Below are positions 57,171 through 64,000 of a stretch of DNA of 64,000 nucleotides, piece after piece. Source of the stretch: an uncultured Gammaproteobacteria bacterium (GTDB lineage Bacteria > Pseudomonadota > Gammaproteobacteria > GCA-001735895). A program made the translations under genes and the position numbers. Location of the stretch: NCBI GenBank assembly GCA_963768295.1, contig CAVYHN010000016.1:15803-79802 (forward strand), in the 5' to 3' direction. Position 1 is the first letter of the stretch; each line of letters opens with the position of its first letter. The notes below the pieces were generated by a model that saw only the letters and a program-made list of their open reading frames with translations, made no database searches and was not told the origin of the DNA.

Positions 57171-60100
57171 CTAGTCTGCGGTCAGTTTTTTGAGCAGGGT
57201 TTCAAGCTGGTTGAAACGTGATTCAAGTTCAACATTTTGACAGCTAATACGCAAGGTTTGTTTCCCGTCAAAACGATACTGCTGGGGATCGGCCTGAATC
57301 AACTCGATGATTTTTAGCGGATCGATATTGGGATTGGGATTGAAGACTATTTTCCCGTTTTGTTCGCCGACATCGATTTTCTCGATCCCGAGCGCCAGCG
57401 TCAGCAGCTTGATACGGGTAACCCTGAACAGGTTTTTCAGGGATTCCGGTAACAGGCCGAAACGATCAATCAGCTCGATCTGGAGTTCACGCAAGCCATG
57501 GTCGTCACTCGCCGAGGCAATACGCTTGTACTCGATCAGGCGCCCGTGTATGTCGGGTATATAGGATTCCGGAATGAGTGCCGGAATATGAAAGTCGACT
57601 TCGGAGGCCCGCATGATTGGCTGGTCGAAGTCGATCGGCAGATTCGATTTGAGCGACTGCACCGCGCGATCCAGCAATTCCGCGTAGAGGCTGAAGCCGA
57701 TTTCGGTAATTTGGCCGCTTTGCTCGTCACCAAGGATTTCACCAGCGCCGCGAATTTCCAGGTCATGTGTGGCCAGGGTAAAACCGACGCCGAGATCCTC
57801 CAGCGATTCGATCGCCAGCAGGCGCTTTTGCGCATCGGCGGTCATCGCCTGCTCGGGCGGCACGATCAGGTAGGCATAGGCGCGATGATGGGAGCGGCCG
57901 ACACGTCCGCGTATCTGGTGCAGTTGCGCCAGTCCAAGCTTGTCGGCGCGATTGATGAATATCGTATTCGCGGTCGGCACGTCGATGCCGCTTTCGATAA
58001 TGGTGGTGCATACCAGCAGATTACAGCGATGGTGGTAGAAATCCAGCATCACGGTTTCCAGATCTTTTTCCTTCATACGTCCGTGCACGATACCGATGCG
58101 CGCATCGGGCAACAATTCCTGCAAATCCTGCGCGGTTTTTTCAATCGTCCTGATTTCATTGTGCAGGAAGTAAATCTGCCCGCCGCGCTTGAGCTCGCGC
58201 TGGCAGCCTTCGATGATCGTGTCCTGGTTCCACCTCGAAACAAAGGTCTTGATGGCGTGCCGCTGCATCGGCGGGGTGGCGATAATCGACAGGTCGCGCA
58301 TTCCCGATAGCGTCATATTCAAGGTTCGCGGTATCGGCGTCGCGGTCATTGTCAGCAGGTCGACGCTGGCGCGCAGGGCCTTCAGTTTTTCTTTATGACG
58401 CACGCCGAAACGATGTTCCTCGTCGACAATCACCAGGCCCAGGTCGCGGTACTTGATGGCGTCGGACAACAGCTTATGGGTGCCGATCACGATATCGATT
58501 TTGCCGGCGGCGATTTGCATCAGCGTTTCGTCGAGCGCTTTCCGGGCGGTAAACCGGGTCAGGCTGGCGATGCGAATCGGCCAATCGGCAAATCGATCGA
58601 GAAAGTTCTGGTAGTGCTGTTGCGCCAGCAGCGTCGTCGGCACCAGGACGGCGACCTGGGTGCCGGCATTTGCCGCGACAAAGGCCGCCCGCATGCATAC
58701 CTCGGTCTTGCCGAAACCGACATCGCCACAAACGATTCGGTCCATTGGCCGTGCTGACTGCATGTCCGCTATCACCGACTCGATCGTGGTTTCCTGATCG
58801 GGAGTCTCCTCGAACGGAAACTCGCTGGCAAACGCGTGATATTCGTCGATATCTACCTGGTGAGCGAAACCCTTCATGGCTTCCCGTCGAGCCTGAATAT
58901 CGAGCAGTTCGACGGCAATGTCGTGAATCTTCTCCTGCGCTTTTTTGCGCGAGCGCTGCCACTGTTCGGTGCCAAGCCGGTGCAGCGGGGCGCTGTCTTC
59001 GCTGGCGCCGGCATAGCGGCTGATCAGGTGCAACGAGCTAACCGGTACGTAGAGTTTGTCCTGGTTGGCGTACTCGATGCAGAGGAACTCGGTGGCAATG
59101 CCGGACACGGTCAGTGTCTTAAGCCCCTGGTAACGACCTACGCCATGATCTTCGTGCACCACCGGTGCACCCGGCTGCAAATCCGCGAGGCTCTGGATGG
59201 TCGACTCTGCGTCGCGGGTTTTACGATATCGGCGGCGCCGTTTCTGTACGGCGCGTTCGCCGAACAATTGATTCTCGGTGATGACCGCGAAACCCCTGCC
59301 CTCCAGCGTCATGCCGTTTTGCAAAGCCGAGGCGGTGAGGTAGTAGCGATTGTCTGCGCGCGTCAGGAATTCGGCCCAGCTGTCTACCTGGCTGGCATGG
59401 ACCCCATAGTGATGCAGCATTTCGTTGACGAATTCGCGTCGTCCCGGAGATTCGGCGCTGATCAGGATCCGCTCGAACGCCGGCTTTTCGATAAATTTGC
59501 GTAGCGCCTTGTCCGGCTGGTCGGCATTCGCTTGCAGGGTTAGTTGCGGTATCGCCTGCGTCTCGCAATTGATGTTCGAGCGATCCACCTGTTCCAGCTT
59601 GAAGGCCGAAAACAGCAGGCAGGAAAAGTCCGCGATTCTTGCCTCTAGCGTCTGCATATCGAGAAACAGTTGGGCCGGTTCCAACAGCGGCCACTCGAGG
59701 TTGTAACGGCGTGACTGGTAGCGTTCTTCGACCTGTTGCGCAAAGCTCGCGGCATGTGTCAGGGCGGCATCGTCGATCAGCAGTCGGCTCTGCCGCGGCA
59801 GGTAGTCGAACAGGCTGACCAACTGGTCGAAAAACAGCGGCAGGTAATACTCGACCCCGGGCGACGAAATACCGGCCGAAATATCGACGTATACCGGGCA
59901 GGTATTGGGATCGATTTCGAAGGTTTCCCTGAAGCGCAGGCGAAAGCGCTTGATGCCAGCCTCGTCGAGCGGGTACTCCTGTGCCGGCAGCAGTTTGATT
60001 TCATCGACCTTGTCGATCGAAAGTTGTGTTTCTGGATCGAAACGGCGAATCGTTTCAATTTCATCGTCGAAGAAGTCGAGCCGGAAAGGTGTCGAACTGC

Positions 60101-60629
60101 CCATCGGGAACAGGTCCATGATGGAGCCGCGGGTACTGAACTCACCATGCTGTTCTACCTGGGACACGGCGCTGTATCCGTATAACGCGAGGCGCTCACG
60201 CAAATCCCCGGGTTCGATGCGCTCTCCGGTTTGCAGGTTGAGCGATCTTTGCTGGATGAATTCGGGTGGTGAAACCTTTTGCAGCAAAGTGCTTATCGGC
60301 AGGATCAGTACGCCGGCACTCGCCGTGGATATAGACGCCAGGCATTGAATTCGCTCCGAGACGATATCCTGGTGCGGCGAAAATTGATCGTAGGGCAGGG
60401 TTTCGAGATCCGGGAATCGAAATATCCGCGCTAACCCGGGATTGAAGAATTGAATTTCCTGTTCCAGCTGTTCGGCGTCGGTCATGTCACAGCAGACGAT
60501 GACCGACAGCCCCTGGTAGAGGCCGATCTGTTCGCAGAGCAGCAGGCCACGGCTGCTGCCGTAGAGTTGGCCGACGCGCAGCTTGCGCGTGGACTCAGGC
60601 GCCGGAGTGTCGAGAAATTGGCTAGGCAT
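57171..60629 (-). CDS. mfd: transcription-repair coupling factor
   Basis: 1152 aa. UvrB-homology N-terminus, RNAP-interaction domain, SF2 translocase with Walker A GDVGFGKTEV and DEEHRFG, and a TRG motif. Confidence 0.95.
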   Translation of the reverse strand: MPSQFLDTPAPESTRKLRVGQLYGSSRGLLLCEQIGLYQGLSVIVCCDMTDAEQLEQEIQFFNPGLARIFRFPDLETLPYDQFSPHQDIVSERIQCLASISTASAGVLILPISTLLQKVSPPEFIQQRSLNLQTGERIEPGDLRERLALYGYSAVSQVEQHGEFSTRGSIMDLFPMGSSTPFRLDFFDDEIETIRRFDPETQLSIDKVDEIKLLPAQEYPLDEAGIKRFRLRFRETFEIDPNTCPVYVDISAGISSPGVEYYLPLFFDQLVSLFDYLPRQSRLLIDDAALTHAASFAQQVEERYQSRRYNLEWPLLEPAQLFLDMQTLEARIADFSCLLFSAFKLEQVDRSNINCETQAIPQLTLQANADQPDKALRKFIEKPAFERILISAESPGRREFVNEMLHHYGVHASQVDSWAEFLTRADNRYYLTASALQNGMTLEGRGFAVITENQLFGERAVQKRRRRYRKTRDAESTIQSLADLQPGAPVVHEDHGVGRYQGLKTLTVSGIATEFLCIEYANQDKLYVPVSSLHLISRYAGASEDSAPLHRLGTEQWQRSRKKAQEKIHDIAVELLDIQARREAMKGFAHQVDIDEYHAFASEFPFEETPDQETTIESVIADMQSARPMDRIVCGDVGFGKTEVCMRAAFVAANAGTQVAVLVPTTLLAQQHYQNFLDRFADWPIRIASLTRFTARKALDETLMQIAAGKIDIVIGTHKLLSDAIKYRDLGLVIVDEEHRFGVRHKEKLKALRASVDLLTMTATPIPRTLNMTLSGMRDLSIIATPPMQRHAIKTFVSRWNQDTIIEGCQRELKRGGQIYFLHNEIRTIEKTAQDLQELLPDARIGIVHGRMKEKDLETVMLDFYHHRCNLLVCTTIIESGIDVPTANTIFINRADKLGLAQLHQIRGRVGRSHHRAYAYLIVPPEQAMTADAQKRLLAIESLEDLGVGFTLATHDLEIRGAGEILGDEQSGQITEIGFSLYAELLDRAVQSLKSNLPIDFDQPIMRASEVDFHIPALIPESYIPDIHGRLIEYKRIASASDDHGLRELQIELIDRFGLLPESLKNLFRVTRIKLLTLALGIEKIDVGEQNGKIVFNPNPNIDPLKIIELIQADPQQYRFDGKQTLRISCQNVELESRFNQLETLLKKLTAD

Positions 60630-60646
60630 TTCTGCCGGGCAGGCGG

Positions 60647-61315
60647 CTACTCCTGGGCTGGTTTAGCGGTGGTCAGGCCCAGGATTTCCCAGTTCTGCAT
60701 ACCACCGCGGTACCACTTGATTTTGTCGGCGGGATAGCCGAAACCCAAAAGGTTTTTGATGTTGTTGGGCGATTGTCCGCACCACATGCCGTTACAGAAC
60801 ATGACCAGCACACGGGCATTCCTGAAATCCCATAAACCTTCGAGGTTCCTGGCGTTGAAACGTTCCTCGAGGATTTCACCGATCGAGATCGGGTCGGCAC
60901 CCTTGGCCGGGTTGAGGCTGGTCCAGGGAATATTGATTGCGCCGGGAATCGTGCCCTTGGCAACCCAGGCAGGTGTGCGCGAATCGATCACGACAATGCT
61001 GGAGTCGCCTGCGCTCATGCGCTTGAGATAATCCAGCATTTCCAGTTCGGCGATGGTTTCGACGCCGGGCGCGAGAACTACGGGCTGGATACAAAATGGG
61101 GGGCATTTACGCGAAGTCTTGGCGAACGCCGGGTTAACCGTGTTTTTCTGGTTTTGATTACGCATGACGACGACATCGGATTCACCGTGTCTGACCGTAA
61201 CACTTTCGATTTCACTGGTGATGTTGACCTCGGCCGCCTGCAGCCTGGCACCGTGCAATGCCAGCGAAATGCCGCAGCCGAGAATCAGAACTTTAATCAT
61301 GTTCATTACTGGCAA
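60647..61315 (-). CDS. secreted rhodanese-domain protein (sulfurtransferase-like)
   Basis: Signal peptide MIKVLILGCGISLALHGARLQA; rhodanese fold with active-site loop CNGMWCGQS; 222 aa. Confidence 0.65.
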   Translation of the reverse strand: MPVMNMIKVLILGCGISLALHGARLQAAEVNITSEIESVTVRHGESDVVVMRNQNQKNTVNPAFAKTSRKCPPFCIQPVVLAPGVETIAELEMLDYLKRMSAGDSSIVVIDSRTPAWVAKGTIPGAINIPWTSLNPAKGADPISIGEILEERFNARNLEGLWDFRNARVLVMFCNGMWCGQSPNNIKNLLGFGYPADKIKWYRGGMQNWEILGLTTAKPAQE

Positions 61316-61386
61316 CTCCGGTTAAACCAGAATGAATCTGGTTGCGATTACTTGGGTCGGTTGGACTGGATTATTATTATTTGGTT

Positions 61387-61683
61387 CTATTTCGGCATTA
61401 TCAGGGTGTTCAGATCGATGGTATGTAACACGACCCGATGCTCGAAATATACCCTGAATGATCCGTAAACCCATTCGGTGATCGGGGGTTCCCCAACCGG
61501 GCCATAACGCTCGTCGGGTTCACCGAATTTACCCAGTACGTCATCCATGCTGATGCCCCGTTTCGGCATCACCTGCTTGCCGCTCGACGCAACATGGCCC
61601 GGGATGACTAGCTCATCGCCGGCGCTTGCAGGTTGCAGGATCAAACTGCAACCCAGGAGTAGCAAATAAAGTCCCGTGCGCAT
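61387..61683 (-). CDS. small secreted protein of unknown function
   Basis: Signal peptide MRTGLYLLLLGCSLILQPASA; 98 aa. Confidence 0.4.
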   Translation of the reverse strand: MRTGLYLLLLGCSLILQPASAGDELVIPGHVASSGKQVMPKRGISMDDVLGKFGEPDERYGPVGEPPITEWVYGSFRVYFEHRVVLHTIDLNTLIMPK

Positions 61684-61805
61684 GTTTTTAAATCTCCAAA
61701 TACTAATGCATGTAACTATAGCACGCCCTTGTGCGGTGACAAGTGTGCAGCAATTCGCATCGGCTGTGGTGGTGGCACACCCTTATTCATGGTTTAATCC
61801 GCCGC

Positions 61806-63053
61806 ATGAATTTTCCGCTCGAAATTTTTGTCGGCTTACGTTATACGCGCGCCAAGCGTCGCAATCATTTCATCTCCTTCATATCGTTGATATCGATGTT
61901 CGGTATAGCGCTCGGAGTCATGGCTCTGATCGTGGTGCTGTCAGTGATGAACGGATTTGAAAAAGAATTGCGCGGGCGCATCCTGGGCATGGTTTCGCAT
62001 GTCACGGTGTCGAGTTTTCGCGGGCCGCTGCAGGACTGGCAATCCCTGCGTGAGGAAAGCATGGAGCATCCGCATGTCATTGGTGGTGCTCCCTATACAG
62101 AAGCCGAGGCGATGATTTCGAATCTGTCGTCGGTCAGCGGTGCGCTGGTGCGCGGTATCGATCCACAACACGAAACCGAAGTTTCGGAAATTCATCAGCA
62201 TATGGAATTCGGTGCGCTCAGCGATCTGGTAGCGGGGGAGTACGGCATCGTGCTTGGCAGCGGCCTGGCCAATTCACTCGACGTCGTTCCGGGCGATCGA
62301 GTCACCATGGTTACCCCGCAGGCGACCGCGTCGCCGTTAGGGTTTCTGCCGCGTCTGCGCCGTTTCAAGGTGGTCGGGATATTCGAAATCGGAGTCTACG
62401 AGTATGACCGCAGCAGCGCGCTGGTGCATTACCAGGATGCCAGCAGGCTGTTCCGGCTGGACGGCGGCGTTAGCGGTATTCGTCTGAAACTGGACGATCT
62501 CGACCTGGCGCCCCTGGTGCGTAATGATCTCAAGCAAAGCATAGGGCTGCAGTACTGGGTATCGGACTGGACCCTGCGCCACAGCAATTACTTCAAGGCG
62601 GTGCGCACCGAGAAGACGGTCATGTTTATTATTCTTTCGCTGATCGTTGCCGTGGCGGCCTTCAATATCGTTTCGACACTGGTGATGGTGGTGACTGACA
62701 AGCAGGCGGATATCGCGATACTACGTACTCTCGGCATGTCGCCGCTGTCGATCATGTGGGTGTTCATGGTGCAGGGGACCCTGATCGGATTGATCGGCAC
62801 CTTGATGGGGCTGGTCAGCGGGGTGGCGGTCGCGTCGCATATCGATGTCATCGTGCCCGCGCTGGAGCAATTCTTTCATACCCAGTTTCTGCCGCGCGGC
62901 GTTTATCCGATCACCGATCTGCCCTCGGAGATGAAACAGTCCGACATCATCAGGATTACGCTGCTGTCGTTTGGGGTATCGGTGATCGCGACGCTATACC
63001 CGGCCTTACGCGCCTCGAAAACGCGTCCGGCCGAAGCGCTCAGCTATGAGTAG
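61806..63053 (+). CDS. lolC: lipoprotein-releasing system permease LolC/LolE family
   Basis: MNFPLEIFVGLRYTRAKRRNHFISFISLISMFGIALGVMALIVVLSVMNGFEKELR matches LolC/E N-termini; MacB-like periplasmic domain; C-terminal FtsX 3-TM. Confidence 0.85.
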   Translation: MNFPLEIFVGLRYTRAKRRNHFISFISLISMFGIALGVMALIVVLSVMNGFEKELRGRILGMVSHVTVSSFRGPLQDWQSLREESMEHPHVIGGAPYTEAEAMISNLSSVSGALVRGIDPQHETEVSEIHQHMEFGALSDLVAGEYGIVLGSGLANSLDVVPGDRVTMVTPQATASPLGFLPRLRRFKVVGIFEIGVYEYDRSSALVHYQDASRLFRLDGGVSGIRLKLDDLDLAPLVRNDLKQSIGLQYWVSDWTLRHSNYFKAVRTEKTVMFIILSLIVAVAAFNIVSTLVMVVTDKQADIAILRTLGMSPLSIMWVFMVQGTLIGLIGTLMGLVSGVAVASHIDVIVPALEQFFHTQFLPRGVYPITDLPSEMKQSDIIRITLLSFGVSVIATLYPALRASKTRPAEALSYE

Positions 63054-63065
63054 GCGGGAGGTCTC

Positions 63066-63749
63066 GTGTCGTCGCCGGTAATCGAAGCGAGCGCGGTTAC
63101 GAAGGTCTTTCGCCAGGGCAAAATCGACGTCGAGGTGCTCAAGGGCGTCGATTTCAGTGTTGCCGCGGGTGAAAGCCATGCCATCCTCGGCGCCTCGGGT
63201 GCCGGCAAATCAACCCTGATGCACTTGCTTGGCGGCCTCGATCATGTCAGCGGTGGTGAAATCAGGGTTGCAGGCAGTTCCCTGGCGCAGCTGTCCGAAG
63301 CCGCTCTCGGTCGTTTGCGCAATCGCCACCTGGGTTTTATTTACCAGTTTCATCACCTGTTGCCGGAATTCAGCGCGCTGGAGAATATTGCCATGCCGCT
63401 GCTGATCAGGCGTATATCGCGCCGTGCAGCCTGCGATGAAGCGCGCGACTGGCTTGATAAAATAGGTCTCGAACAGCGCGCCGAGCACAAGCCTGGTGAG
63501 CTGTCGGGCGGGGAACGTCAACGCGTGGCGTTGGCGCGGGCGCTGGTAACCCGACCGGATTGCCTGCTCGCGGACGAACCGACCGGCAACCTGGATCAGC
63601 AAACCGCGGCGCAGATGCTGGAATTGATGCTCGGCCTGAACCGCGAACTCAATACTTCGCTGGTAGTCGTGACCCACGATCTCGCTATCGCCGCACGCAT
63701 GCAGCGTCGCTGGCACATGCTCGACGGTGTCCTCAGCGCGGAATCCTGA
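63066..63749 (+). CDS. lolD: lipoprotein-releasing system ATP-binding protein LolD
   Basis: Walker A GASGAGKSTL, ABC signature LSGGERQRVALARAL, Walker B CLLADEPTGNLD; GTG start. Confidence 0.9.
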   Translation: MSSPVIEASAVTKVFRQGKIDVEVLKGVDFSVAAGESHAILGASGAGKSTLMHLLGGLDHVSGGEIRVAGSSLAQLSEAALGRLRNRHLGFIYQFHHLLPEFSALENIAMPLLIRRISRRAACDEARDWLDKIGLEQRAEHKPGELSGGERQRVALARALVTRPDCLLADEPTGNLDQQTAAQMLELMLGLNRELNTSLVVVTHDLAIAARMQRRWHMLDGVLSAES

Positions 63750-64000
63750 AACCGCCGTATCTCGTGCCGGCGCCAGTATTGAACAAGCTTTCAAAATGGG
63801 AACCTGATTTCAGGCTAATTGTTGTTTCAGGAAACTGGACCAGGCTGGCGCTGGATTCGAGTTGCTGCCAGATAAGGGTTCACCGCTTTTCGGTGGCCCG
63901 GCGATGGCGATTAATATTGTGCAAACGTCTGGCGCGCGCCTTGATGTGGCTCAGGATACGCAAATGCCACAGCACTCTAACCAGCACAAACGAGGAGACT

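Noticed and set aside
57498-60348. Multiple plus-strand ORFs inside mfd
   Set aside because: mfd is continuous and motif-rich on the minus strand; the plus-strand ORFs are artefacts.

Overview
This is a GC-rich (~58%) gammaproteobacterial chromosomal segment. Its backbone is syntenic with the Pseudomonas PA4930–PA4949 region: nnr–tsaE–amiB–[α/β hydrolase, tal]–mutL–miaA–hfq–hflX–hflK–hflC–DUF2065–hisZ–purA–[metalloprotease, lipoprotein, tRNA-Leu]–rnr–rlmB–rpsF–rpsR–DUF2232–rplI–dnaB–alr–tRNA-Arg. Other recognisable genes are ppc, an FAH-family hydrolase, an SDR, mfd, lolC/lolD, kynU with an AFMID-type formamidase, metA, a GMC oxidoreductase and two EamA transporters. The accessory content, in window order: (i) a divergent module of a CHASE2 adenylate/guanylate cyclase facing a giant FecR–TPR–outer-membrane β-barrel fusion protein, followed by a cysteine-rich secreted protein; (ii) a tRNA-Arg locus followed by two perfect tandem 191-bp repeats that each re-create the tRNA 3' end, then an AT-rich islet carrying a Na/Pi cotransporter, closed by a degenerate copy of the same repeat. 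There is no integrase; (iii) a REP/MITE-like palindromic repeat family at three intergenic sites; (iv) three FecR-domain paralogues, two of them next to OM β-barrel genes; (v) a shikimate-kinase-like P-loop protein translationally coupled to metA; (vi) an apparent frameshift in nnr; (vii) a perfect 24-nt ×5 tandem repeat in the acidic C-terminal tail of rpsF. No CRISPR array, transposase or integrase was seen.
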